A stretch of DNA of 64,000 nt from a virus: IMG/VR virus record IMGVR_UViG_3300010354_000044, positions 107,985-171,984 of that record; one strand, given 5' to 3'. The notes beneath the pieces are model-generated. The model did no database searches, was not told the origin of the DNA, and saw only the letters and a list, made by a program, of their open reading frames with translations. The position numbers and the translations under genes are program-made. Below, piece after piece: positions 45,464 to 55,127 of the stretch. Each line of letters opens with the position of its first letter. Positions within the stretch are counted from its first letter, which is position 1.

Positions 45464-46859
45464 AGGTCAAGCCTTTAACTATATTACGGATGGAGCCCAG
45501 TTAGCCGCTGGGCTTCACCGTTTAAAGGCTTCAGGATCAGAATTGGCATTAGATACAGAGACAGGGATTAGACCCGAATGGCGTAATAAGGTTACTGAAT
45601 CTCGCGGCGATCCAATTCAGCCTCGTCTATGTCCCCACTTAGGGCATATTTGCCTGCTAACCTTAACCCCAGTTAATGGCAAACCTGAGGTTTTTGATTT
45701 TGTGTGGTTGCGGCATAACAAAGTAGATTTAAATCCTATCTACGAATTACTAGAGCAAAAGACCTTAATCGCGCACAAAGCGCAGTTTGATGGAAAAATG
45801 CTACTAGGAGAATTCAAAAAGAATACACTTCGTTGGTGGTGTACCCTTCAGGCAGACAAAGTCCTAAGTAACGCCACAGGCAGTAAGTATGGTCTAATCC
45901 GCGGCCATTCTCTTTACTCCTGCTTACGAGATTACCTAGGTATTACCTTAAAGGGTAAGGGAAGTATTCAAACTCAGGATTGGGATCTAGACCTTGAAAA
46001 ACGGACGTTGGATAATCCGTATTGGCTAGAGATGCTTAACTATGCTGCTGCGGACACTAGATACCTACACCAGCTAAAAGCTAAATTAGAAGGGTGGATA
46101 TGTAATCCACTGCCTAGTGACTGGATGAACCGACACGACACCCCAGATGAGGCCTGTGGGTTTGGTATGGCGCGTACCATGCAGCTAGAGAACGACATGA
46201 TTAATATCTACATAGAAATGGAATATTACGGTTTTCCTACTTCTATAGATTTAATTAAAGAGTTTCAGGAAGGGATAGAGATTGAAATGTATGACCTTGC
46301 CTGCGACCTCTGTGATCTCCTAGGTATTGAGTTACCTCCGCCTGATTTAGGTTTGGACTATATAAAACCATACCCCAAAACTCTTAAGGTTTTTAATAAC
46401 CCGACTAAGGTTGTTGAACTCCTTAATGAACATAAGATCGTTACCGATAACGCTCAGAAATTAACCTTAACCCGGGTCTTAAGTTTGATGGATGAAATCT
46501 ATAAACAACAGACTACAGAGGGTAGCGATCAAGGTATTAGTTACCTCAATGACGAAGAAGAGTCCAGATATAAACTTATAGAAGACTATGAGTTATCTGA
46601 CCTTGTACAAGGAAGTAAAATCCTTAATACGTTGCTACAGTATAAAAGGGCTGTAAAACAACATGGCATGAGTATGCTCCGGTTTGTTAATCCAGCTACC
46701 GGCAATATTCATCCGGATGTTAAAGGCCCTGTATCCACTGGGCGCATGGCTATGGGGAGCCCTAACCTGCAGCAAGTATCTAATTCTAGTAAAGTACTTA
46801 TAGAGTTGGATATTGTAGATGGCACTATTCAGCACTACAGTAGTAGTAAGTTAGTTTAA
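45453..46859 (+). CDS. polA: family A DNA polymerase, N-terminal subunit (3'-5' exonuclease + thumb)
   Basis: ExoI LDTET, ExoII HKAQFD, ExoIII YAAAD; ends just after IHP...STGRM...PNLQQ. Confidence 0.88.
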   Translation: MEVKGQAFNYITDGAQLAAGLHRLKASGSELALDTETGIRPEWRNKVTESRGDPIQPRLCPHLGHICLLTLTPVNGKPEVFDFVWLRHNKVDLNPIYELLEQKTLIAHKAQFDGKMLLGEFKKNTLRWWCTLQADKVLSNATGSKYGLIRGHSLYSCLRDYLGITLKGKGSIQTQDWDLDLEKRTLDNPYWLEMLNYAAADTRYLHQLKAKLEGWICNPLPSDWMNRHDTPDEACGFGMARTMQLENDMINIYIEMEYYGFPTSIDLIKEFQEGIEIEMYDLACDLCDLLGIELPPPDLGLDYIKPYPKTLKVFNNPTKVVELLNEHKIVTDNAQKLTLTRVLSLMDEIYKQQTTEGSDQGISYLNDEEESRYKLIEDYELSDLVQGSKILNTLLQYKRAVKQHGMSMLRFVNPATGNIHPDVKGPVSTGRMAMGSPNLQQVSNSSKVLIELDIVDGTIQHYSSSKLV

Positions 46860-47332
46860 TGCTTGTCATCAAATTGACTACCAGTGAATTAGTAATATTA
46901 TCTTTATTTAAAGTTGATGCTAACCGTTCTGTTTACAACCCGGATTTAAACCTATCTGGTAAAGCTTATGGTTTAGCCGTCAGATCATTGAAGCGGCGGG
47001 GGTTTCTAGTAAGTACTAAAACCCCCTTAAAACTAACTAAAAGAGGAAAATTATTTGCAAAGATGAGTACCCACCCCCCTACGTCAGAACCCTACGCAAT
47101 TACAATTAACCAATTCCTTTCTATTACTCCAGGTACTGCCATTAGTACTGAAGATGGACGCATTTATATAAACTCTGCCGATGGCGGCAGTTATGAGATA
47201 GTACTAGCCTTACAGGACCTTACTGATCCTGAGGCCGAAGTTAAGCCTATCAGTGAACTGAGGATTGAAAATGGCGATTTGTTAGAAGAAGGAGACCTAG
47301 CTAATGTAAGCTGTAACGAAGGTATGTTCTAA
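46859..47332 (+). CDS. winged-helix-like protein inserted between the two polymerase halves
   Basis: LTTSEL.IL...AVRSLKRRGFLV...LKLTKRGK; TAATG-coupled on both sides. Confidence 0.6.
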   Translation: MLVIKLTTSELVILSLFKVDANRSVYNPDLNLSGKAYGLAVRSLKRRGFLVSTKTPLKLTKRGKLFAKMSTHPPTSEPYAITINQFLSITPGTAISTEDGRIYINSADGGSYEIVLALQDLTDPEAEVKPISELRIENGDLLEEGDLANVSCNEGMF

Positions 47333-48285
47333 TGGAGCTATTCTTTGAGTGCGCCCCTAAGAATATATTCCTAGCACCCCCAGGCTACTTCTGGTCCGGA
47401 TTAGATTACAGCGGGCAAGAGCTCATGATCAGCGCTGTTGTGTCAGGCGATACAACGATGCTGGAAGCCTTTAGACAGCCAGAGCTAAAACCGCACCCAG
47501 AGACCGGAGAGCTCTGCCCAAACCCCTACGCGGACTTACATACAATTACAACCAGAAGCGCAGTCTTTCCTAAAATATTCGAAGGCCATGAGTGGTATGA
47601 CTGGGTGAAGATAGCTAAAACTTACAAAGTGCCTAACTTTACAGAGGCGCCCCGTCAGTACGGGAAAAAGACGAATTTCTCGGCTATCTATTTATGTAAC
47701 GCACCTACGCTAGCCATTAACTTAGGCATTCCTGAGCAGCTAGCAGGAAACATTCTACAAGGCCATCGTAAAACCTATGCCGGATACTACCACTGGGCAG
47801 AGCAACAAGGGGCTATTGGGGAGGCCTGTGGGTGGATTAGCACTCCTTGGCTAAAGCGTGTCCGGGGAGTCCATGAAGCTAATGCTAAAGGAGGAGGGTC
47901 AGCAAAGCTGCTAGCTCCTAATGTTTGCATTCAGGGGACAGGGGCCGATATTGCGAAGGCGGCTATGTGTAGAATATTCCGCTGGAAAGAGAAGCTCAAT
48001 AAGCCTATAGAGTTTGCAAAACGCCCTCGTTTAATCGGACAGGTTCATGACGAGTTAGTACCACTTATTCCTGGAAAGTGCACGTTAAACCTGGATAAAT
48101 CTAAGCTAGAGGAACGTGATAACATGACAGTTGTTACAAAGGCTTGTTGGGATGTACCCGAGGCATCCTATGAATTAGCCTTACAAATCCGTCAGATAAT
48201 GATTGATGTCGAAACGGAGGCCTTTGATGGTGTATTGGAAGGTCGGGTAGATATGCCAAACCCAGCCCCCTGGTGGTCAAAATAA
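47332..48285 (+). CDS. polA: family A DNA polymerase, C-terminal catalytic subunit
   Basis: Motif A DYSGQEL, DLH, motif B RQYGKKTNFSAIY, IQGTGAD, motif C VHDE. Confidence 0.92.
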   Translation: MELFFECAPKNIFLAPPGYFWSGLDYSGQELMISAVVSGDTTMLEAFRQPELKPHPETGELCPNPYADLHTITTRSAVFPKIFEGHEWYDWVKIAKTYKVPNFTEAPRQYGKKTNFSAIYLCNAPTLAINLGIPEQLAGNILQGHRKTYAGYYHWAEQQGAIGEACGWISTPWLKRVRGVHEANAKGGGSAKLLAPNVCIQGTGADIAKAAMCRIFRWKEKLNKPIEFAKRPRLIGQVHDELVPLIPGKCTLNLDKSKLEERDNMTVVTKACWDVPEASYELALQIRQIMIDVETEAFDGVLEGRVDMPNPAPWWSK

Positions 48286-48304
48286 GTTAGGTAAAGGTAA
48301 TACT

Positions 48305-48850
48305 ATGAGTCCGTTTAGTTTTATAAAATGGCTTAGATTCCAAAGTTTGTATGGCATCCTAAATAGTGCTGACATACAACAACAGCTAAACATGTACTCA
48401 TTAGACAATAATATAAGCTACGTCCCTGAGCTTAACTACAGCGAAGAGACCTATGAAATTAACGTCTACGCCACTGATGTTAAACTGATTTATATCAGAA
48501 ACAAGAATAATAAGCTTTACATAGAATTCCTTATTCCAGTAACGGTTAATTATCCATCACTGCTAGGAAAGAATTTCTGCGCCATTTACTTAGGTGAGAC
48601 TCTCTCAGACTCATCCAATTTAGGTTGTGTCACCATGCGGTCTGGTATTGATTCCTCACCGGTATATTACCTCGCTCTGAATTTACCTTGGGCAATTAAT
48701 AAGCACCAGTTTGGTCGTTTGTTAGATAGGGTATTTAATGAGTTTAGGCAGTTTAGTAAAAGTAGTGAGCTTATAGGAGAGCAACTTGCAGATACTGCGG
48801 CCCTACTACAAGAATCAATGGACCCAGATATAGAAGAAGCTGAGGACTAA
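48305..48850 (+). CDS. hypothetical protein
   Basis: 181-aa ORF in replication module. Confidence 0.7.
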   Translation: MSPFSFIKWLRFQSLYGILNSADIQQQLNMYSLDNNISYVPELNYSEETYEINVYATDVKLIYIRNKNNKLYIEFLIPVTVNYPSLLGKNFCAIYLGETLSDSSNLGCVTMRSGIDSSPVYYLALNLPWAINKHQFGRLLDRVFNEFRQFSKSSELIGEQLADTAALLQESMDPDIEEAED

Positions 48851-48855
48851 AATTT

Positions 48856-50160
48856 ATGTTATCTATGCAAATTGATGCACTTATCAGTGCAATAAATCAT
48901 GTTGCCTATTTTCCAACTGTTAACCCAGGACATGTCCGCCGGTACTGTAAGTTTTCGGTATCCAACGGGGGGCGAGTAACGTTGTCTGTGTATGGCGCGG
49001 GCGATGTTTGGATTCACCATTATATTAATAACACTCAGTCTATAGACGGTCTGGAAATCATATTAGGGGACTTGGACGCAGTAAAAAAGCTCAAGGCTAC
49101 CTATTGCAGTATTAGGCAAACCTCAACCGGGGCTGAATTAATATCTTTTAATGAATTTAACCTTCGCAATAACCCCAAAGTATTGGATAAAATTACCCTA
49201 GGGGTCTACCCAGGGACCTTAGATGCGTTCCCGGAATATAAGTCGGTAACCAACTTAATAACAACCGTTAGGAGCTCTACATTCCGGCGCATTATCAATA
49301 CGGTAGACGAGACTAGTGAGCATAAAGACAAGAATAACTTAAGAGTTGTAAAACTTACTACGAGTCCTTTTGGTATTTATTCAAATGCTAGAATGGCCGA
49401 TTATCTTAGGTTTTATGTCTATGACACACAAGCCACCGAAGAGGAGGACTCAGAACCTACAGAGGCTAACTATTACATCCTAGGTAAGTATCTACATATT
49501 ATCAGTAAGGTCACCGAGTCCTCAGAAGAGGATGGGGTTGAGATTCACTACGCAGCGGATAACAGCGGTGACAGACTAATATTCAAAGGACCTTTAGGCG
49601 AAGTTTCTGTACCGTTAGAAGTAGGCTATGCCGCTGATTTGGCCGAACGTACTTTTAGTAAAGTTCATTTATTTGAACAACAGCCAGTTTCTATTCTTAC
49701 CAGAAAAACTATTAGCATAAGTAGGCTTAGTGATGCCCTGCAGCTGCTAAATCCCACAAGCGCTGCTCATTCCTCTATGTACTTAGAGGCCAATGAAAAC
49801 GATATTAATTCTTTAGTGCTCTATTTTGCCGGCGATATCTACCAGAATAATATAAGTACGCTACCCTTAAACCTTGACTATTGTGACTTAACAACATCAT
49901 GGCCAGCTACTGCAATAGACTACGAAGCTTTAACTATATTGGCCAAATTAGCGGCTCGTCTAGATAGCGATAAGAAAGGTGACCGGTTATCCTTAATCCT
50001 AGGCTTATATAAACATACTAGAGCCAGAAGTCGGCGGACCACTAGAGAGCATGATTTCGTGTTAAAAGCGGAGCTGCCTGACAAGATTGGTTATGACATA
50101 ATACTACCCGTTAAATGTAACTATGCCGAAGAAGTACAAACAGCCGCACCTGTACAATGA
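48856..50160 (+). CDS. putative DNA sliding clamp (DnaN/beta-like)
   Basis: Three repeats of strand-helix (MQIDALISAI / VRSSTFRRII / ISISRLSDAL), DAFP linker, C-terminal IILPVK like DnaN (VVMPMR); size and context fit. Confidence 0.6.
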   Translation: MLSMQIDALISAINHVAYFPTVNPGHVRRYCKFSVSNGGRVTLSVYGAGDVWIHHYINNTQSIDGLEIILGDLDAVKKLKATYCSIRQTSTGAELISFNEFNLRNNPKVLDKITLGVYPGTLDAFPEYKSVTNLITTVRSSTFRRIINTVDETSEHKDKNNLRVVKLTTSPFGIYSNARMADYLRFYVYDTQATEEEDSEPTEANYYILGKYLHIISKVTESSEEDGVEIHYAADNSGDRLIFKGPLGEVSVPLEVGYAADLAERTFSKVHLFEQQPVSILTRKTISISRLSDALQLLNPTSAAHSSMYLEANENDINSLVLYFAGDIYQNNISTLPLNLDYCDLTTSWPATAIDYEALTILAKLAARLDSDKKGDRLSLILGLYKHTRARSRRTTREHDFVLKAELPDKIGYDIILPVKCNYAEEVQTAAPVQ

Positions 50161-50314
50161 AAACTATCCCTGGTGTTTTCCCCAAGACGTACTACCTCTT
50201 ATAGTAAAAAAAGGTGACTGTGTGCTAAATGACGGCACACCATATACAATCAAACAAGTCCTTAAAAGGGAAGAACCTAACGCTCCTATTCTTGTTATAG
50301 GAGAGCCTGTGTAG
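50123..50314 (+). CDS. small hypothetical protein
   Basis: 63-aa ORF filling the gap. Confidence 0.5.
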   Translation: MPKKYKQPHLYNENYPWCFPQDVLPLIVKKGDCVLNDGTPYTIKQVLKREEPNAPILVIGEPV

Positions 50315-50325
50315 CCGATTACAAA

Positions 50326-51321
50326 TTGCATGCTGTGGACGATATCTATAACGCTGAGTTAGCAACCGGACCTGTCTATCATGGGCAGGTCCACCCATCA
50401 TTCCCGTTTTTAGACAATAATTTTAGGGGCTGTGAGAAATGCGAACTTTCCTGCGGCAGAGCTGTGCCGGGGGCCGGGCCCAAAGATTTAGCAAAGATTA
50501 AACTGATTCTAATTAGTGACTATCCCGGGCATTACGAAAAAACCTACGGGTTCCCGCAGGTACCTAGACCTTACGCCTATGCCAAAGAGGATGAAGAGGC
50601 TAAGAGCCAAGGTAAATCTAAGAGGAGACGCAGCGCGTTTCCACCAGCCAACTCAGGTGAGTATATTAGGTGGCAACTGAAGAGATTGTTTGACCTAGAC
50701 CCCTTTGAAGAGGTTTACTACACCAATGCTATAAAATGCCCTGCTGAGATAGGAGGCACCGCCCTTACTGTAGGCTCTAAGCATCTTAAAGCTTGCTTAC
50801 CTTGGCTGGAGCAAGAGCTAGACATCTTAGATAATGACCTACCTATCTTAATCGCCGGCTCTAAGGCTCTGGCCATGTTTGGGTATATCACCACTCTTAA
50901 AAGGAATTGTAGTGTTATGGATTACTATAACCAAGTTCCTTTTATGTATAAAGACCATCCTGTTGTTGTCACCCATAATCCAGTAACTGTTGCCCGGAAT
51001 AGTCTACGGTTGTTGAGTAACTGCAAAATACAGATTAAAGGCGGGGGCCCTTTTATCAGCCCAACAGCGGTTAGGCCCTGGGATACGGTACCCTCACCAC
51101 AGTACTTATATAGTCGGACGCTTTGGTGGCTTGCGCCTTACTTATACCCCCGGGCTGCTACAGCAGCGTGGCATAAAGATGATGCCCTACTAAGCATTAA
51201 GACGACCATACGTAAGACAAAGACTTCTATTACAGTACATATCCCTAAGCTATATACAGCAGACCAGGTCTTAGATAAGTTGGATGAGCTTCAGCTCGGT
51301 TTGGAAGTAACAAAGGTTTAA
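50326..51321 (+). CDS. uracil-DNA glycosylase family 4-like protein
   Basis: CEKCEL...AVPGAG, ISDYPG..E, YYTNAIKC, AC.PWL.QEL, THNP. Confidence 0.8.
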   Translation: MHAVDDIYNAELATGPVYHGQVHPSFPFLDNNFRGCEKCELSCGRAVPGAGPKDLAKIKLILISDYPGHYEKTYGFPQVPRPYAYAKEDEEAKSQGKSKRRRSAFPPANSGEYIRWQLKRLFDLDPFEEVYYTNAIKCPAEIGGTALTVGSKHLKACLPWLEQELDILDNDLPILIAGSKALAMFGYITTLKRNCSVMDYYNQVPFMYKDHPVVVTHNPVTVARNSLRLLSNCKIQIKGGGPFISPTAVRPWDTVPSPQYLYSRTLWWLAPYLYPRAATAAWHKDDALLSIKTTIRKTKTSITVHIPKLYTADQVLDKLDELQLGLEVTKV

Positions 51322-51326
51322 CAACT

Positions 51327-52901
51327 ATGGCTATAACCGGTACCTTTCTAACAGGGACCCTTGAATTACAATACCCCACACTGTTAGATTTCAAAGAGTT
51401 CCCAATCTGGGAAAAACGCTGCCGCAACGTTTACGACCAGCTTCCTCCTTATTACAGGGACAAACGCCCTTACCAATGGCAGTTTGCTGCTATCTACTGC
51501 TTACGGTCCTGTAACCTATTCGCCGGGGCTATGGGAATCGGTAAAACCCTAATTACTCTAGTGAAGATTAGAGCTCTCTACGACTTAACCAAGGGCAGGC
51601 CAGGCCGTATCCATATTGTCGTTCCATCTAATACAGCATTTACAGAATGGAAACAGGAATTGGACCGGGTTATTCCAGGAACCTATACAGTAATACAATC
51701 CGAAAAAGATTTACTAAAAGCAACAACACCAATCTTCATATACACTATCCACCTTCCTAAACGTAAGTCAGCAAGTGGACAGTATTTAAGTAGGTACCTA
51801 TCTAAGCGTGCAAAGCCTAACCTTCTAGTTATAGATGAGTTGGATGCTATAGGCAAAGAGTCCTCCCTACAATTCAAAGAGTTAAGTCGTATTAGACGCT
51901 CCGCGAAGCGGGTCCTAGGTTTAACAGGCACTCCAGCAGAACATCCCCATAACATTCACACTTACTGTAGATTTATTTACCAAAATCAATGGCCCTTTGA
52001 CAATATAAAGGCCTTTAAAGCGATTTATATTAATCAAAAGGAGTTAAACAGCCACTACATCTCAGGCACGAGTGTGGACGATGCGATTAAAAAACGAGTT
52101 CTACCTTACGTGAAGTTTGACAAACTACCCTCATGGGCTTCTTTGCTCCGTAGATACATCCATAGGGCTAACCTAGACGATGCAAACATACGGCCTTATA
52201 TTTCAGTACCCGATGTTAACTATATTCATTTACAGTCAGAACCCACAGCAGATACGCTAGAGGGTTATGAAGAGTTAGTTAGCCGCGTCAAATCAAAGAT
52301 TGTACACCTTGCTGAGGACTCAAGCAGCGCAGCAGAGGCTCTATCTTTATGCATAAGCCTATTAAAGAAGGTCAATTATCCAGACCATAGAACAAGCAAA
52401 GTTGAGAGTTTATCCATCCTACGGACTAGGCGACGTACTTTATTATACACAGACCTAATAGGCTCCGGGGATTATGTAGAGGACTACCTTAAAGAAATGG
52501 GCTTGAATTACAACCGGTTAAAGTCAAGCCATACCTTAGATCAGCGTGAGCGCATTATCAACAACTTTAAGTCCGATGCACGGGAGAGTCAGTTAGTCCT
52601 AATGCTTCCTATACGCATAGGGGCCCGGGCGTTAAACTTCCCAATGGTGGATAGTATAGTGTTTTACTGTCCTGGATGGAGAAGTGTGACCCTGAACCAA
52701 GCCATGCGCAGGGCCGCCCGTCCTGGAAATCAATTAGACAGCGTTGATATTTACCTGCTGTACCACCTAGGGTGTATTGATGAGCACCAGATAAATGTCT
52801 TAGCCCATAAGGCAGAGGCGACCCAACAAGCGCTAGACTTTTATGGCTATAACAATAGTGACACCCCCATCGGGAAAGAAATCTTAAGTAAGCTAAAATG
52901 A
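51327..52901 (+). CDS. SNF2-like SF2 helicase
   Basis: RPYQ, MGIGKT, IDELD, LTGTP, QAMRRAARPG. Confidence 0.85.
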   Translation: MAITGTFLTGTLELQYPTLLDFKEFPIWEKRCRNVYDQLPPYYRDKRPYQWQFAAIYCLRSCNLFAGAMGIGKTLITLVKIRALYDLTKGRPGRIHIVVPSNTAFTEWKQELDRVIPGTYTVIQSEKDLLKATTPIFIYTIHLPKRKSASGQYLSRYLSKRAKPNLLVIDELDAIGKESSLQFKELSRIRRSAKRVLGLTGTPAEHPHNIHTYCRFIYQNQWPFDNIKAFKAIYINQKELNSHYISGTSVDDAIKKRVLPYVKFDKLPSWASLLRRYIHRANLDDANIRPYISVPDVNYIHLQSEPTADTLEGYEELVSRVKSKIVHLAEDSSSAAEALSLCISLLKKVNYPDHRTSKVESLSILRTRRRTLLYTDLIGSGDYVEDYLKEMGLNYNRLKSSHTLDQRERIINNFKSDARESQLVLMLPIRIGARALNFPMVDSIVFYCPGWRSVTLNQAMRRAARPGNQLDSVDIYLLYHLGCIDEHQINVLAHKAEATQQALDFYGYNNSDTPIGKEILSKLK

Positions 52902-54046
52902 GTACATTTTATTTAAATTATCAACCCGAATCCTGGAAGACTATAGAACTCCCGTTAGTGGAGAAGAGTTTAGTCAAAGGGTGGATTATGAACGGGTTAC
53001 CCCGGGTAGTCTGTATATTCGGACCACCCGGTACGGGTAAAACGTCCCTGGCTAAGCTAATTATTCAATCCAAGCTTTGCTTGAATCGCCCCGCTCACTC
53101 AGCCGAGCCCTGTGGAGAATGCAACATCTGTAAAGTAGACCCTGCAGAGTTTACACAGACAACGGGCGTTTATTGGATATCACCTGGCGGGGGTTTTACC
53201 GATAATACGGAGGGTCAATCACTTAAACTTGCCGTCGGTGCTATTCTAAAACCTCAACATACACATCTGTTCGTTGTATTAGAGGAAGCTCAAAACCTAT
53301 CCAATTTGACCCTTACAGAACTACTACCTTTGGGCGACGTTAAGAATTATCCTAATGTTACTCTAATGGTTCTGTCTATGAACCCGTCTAGGATAGACGA
53401 AGCAACCCGTGAGGCTATTACATCCAGAGGCTCAGTTATCAACCTTAGGCCTCCAAGCACCCAGGATATCCAAAGATTCCTAAAAGCACGCTTGAAGTTT
53501 AATCCGATTTACGAAGATCAGATTACAGAGTTGATCTCCCTGTACAGTAGTAACTACCGGGAAGCTTTAAGTACCGTTGCTACCGCTATAGAAGTATGGA
53601 GCGGGAAAAACCAGACTCAGGACGAGTGTATTGAAGAGCTCTCTGATTTAGAGATTGCCCTTGTTTTGCATACAGTACCCCTAGAATCTCGGGTCATGTT
53701 ATGGTCTTACATAGCGAGCAGCGACAGGAGGGCTATCCGGGCCTTACTCGACAAATGGTTCAGTGGGCCTAATGAAGACTCTGACCTGTTTGATGTCTGC
53801 CCTAAAGAGTTAAGCAGACTGCTGCTTGACGATATAGATGAGACTCTACAACAGGAAAAGGATATTACAGACTTAGATGGCCTAGCTATTGGGTTATTCA
53901 AAGATTTTGAATCCCGCCAAGAAACGGATAGTTATATCTTTAACTTCAATGTACTTGTAAATCAAGTAGCTAACAGCCCTTTAGGGCAGAAAGTCCATAC
54001 CTATCTAACAAAGAAGTTAGCTAAGCTACATGAAGAACATTCGTAA
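52898..54046 (+). CDS. clamp-loader AAA+ subunit (DnaX gamma/tau-like)
   Basis: YQPESW, GPPGTGKTSLA, Zn module C...PCGECNIC, LEEAQ, ITSR, YREAL. Confidence 0.82.
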   Translation: MSTFYLNYQPESWKTIELPLVEKSLVKGWIMNGLPRVVCIFGPPGTGKTSLAKLIIQSKLCLNRPAHSAEPCGECNICKVDPAEFTQTTGVYWISPGGGFTDNTEGQSLKLAVGAILKPQHTHLFVVLEEAQNLSNLTLTELLPLGDVKNYPNVTLMVLSMNPSRIDEATREAITSRGSVINLRPPSTQDIQRFLKARLKFNPIYEDQITELISLYSSNYREALSTVATAIEVWSGKNQTQDECIEELSDLEIALVLHTVPLESRVMLWSYIASSDRRAIRALLDKWFSGPNEDSDLFDVCPKELSRLLLDDIDETLQQEKDITDLDGLAIGLFKDFESRQETDSYIFNFNVLVNQVANSPLGQKVHTYLTKKLAKLHEEHS

Positions 54047-55127
54047 TCAGATAAAACCGGGTGTTGTCTATCTGGTTATAGGGACCGTCCAACAAATTAG
54101 GTTCTTATTTTCTGATTTCCCTGATACCCAATTGGTCTATAAGCATCGCCCAACGACCCGGGAGATGGTAAGACTTATTCATGAGGAGGACCACGACGAT
54201 CAGACAATTATAATTATCAACCCTAAACAGACAATTTATAACCATAAGAACCCGGGAGCTGGAGATGATGTGTTTGGTGTACCCACTCGTCAGTTACTGC
54301 CAGTTGTCAAGAAACAAATGCCTCCGTTACTGGAACCGGACCCTATGGCGTATTACTTTATATGCTTAGACACTCCAGGAGTAGACAGGCAGGACCAAAT
54401 AAAGTTCTATAGGAAACTAGAAAATCCTTTCCAGGCACTTGACCTAACTCAATACTCCTATAATCTAATGGAGTCTGACGAGATTGAGCAGGCCAAGCAG
54501 CAGCAGTACAGTATAGGGGGCAAACGTATACCTAATACGGATGTAGTAGCTATTGTAAACAAATGGCGTCTATATCCCTATAAGGCTATCCAGGAGATAA
54601 GAGACTGGCCTTATTCAGCTACGTATGGTGGGGATGAGTGGCTATCAGAGAGGTTTATTCAAGATTTGACACCACCTCCCCCCACCTCCCCCAAACCTCG
54701 GCGGATTAGTTCTCTAAGTAAAAAGGAAATAGCCTCTTATTGTTTAGACCATCTTATCTATAGTTTTGAAAATAAGGACGGGTCTATTACGTATGGCCGG
54801 ATGTCCCCACTTTTACGAGCCCTATGCTCACCTATGTATAATAGCCGCCGTGGGCAGCAGGTTGTACCGTACAAGAAATGGGTAAATCACTTTGGTCCTG
54901 CTCAGGAATTAGGCCTGTATTTAAAACCTTTCCTGGACTTGGCTACTACAAAATACCGAGGTAAACCCCATGTGCCAATAAATACTTTTATTAGATGGGT
55001 ACATGCGATTAGCCGTAAACGCCCTGTCATTTACCGCAGGAGATATGGTAAAATTGAGTATACATCCATACGAGTTAATGAGTCTGCAGCTAAGCTATAC
55101 ACCACATTATTAAAGACGCTACTATGA
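54030..55127 (+). CDS. hypothetical protein (possible second clamp-loader subunit)
   Basis: 365 aa directly after the DnaX-like gene; VYLVIG start resembles HolA; weak. Confidence 0.45.
   Translation: MKNIRNQIKPGVVYLVIGTVQQIRFLFSDFPDTQLVYKHRPTTREMVRLIHEEDHDDQTIIIINPKQTIYNHKNPGAGDDVFGVPTRQLLPVVKKQMPPLLEPDPMAYYFICLDTPGVDRQDQIKFYRKLENPFQALDLTQYSYNLMESDEIEQAKQQQYSIGGKRIPNTDVVAIVNKWRLYPYKAIQEIRDWPYSATYGGDEWLSERFIQDLTPPPPTSPKPRRISSLSKKEIASYCLDHLIYSFENKDGSITYGRMSPLLRALCSPMYNSRRGQQVVPYKKWVNHFGPAQELGLYLKPFLDLATTKYRGKPHVPINTFIRWVHAISRKRPVIYRRRYGKIEYTSIRVNESAAKLYTTLLKTLL

Noticed and set aside
46859-47332. Group I intron, intein or homing endonuclease interrupting polA
   Set aside because: No non-coding flanks (1-nt overlaps on both sides), no Cys/His-Asn intein ends, and no HNH, GIY-YIG or LAGLIDADG motif.
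52898-54046. tau/gamma-type frameshift in the phage DnaX-like gene
   Set aside because: No A_AAA_AAG + hairpin cassette was seen near its end; the gene is already gamma-sized.
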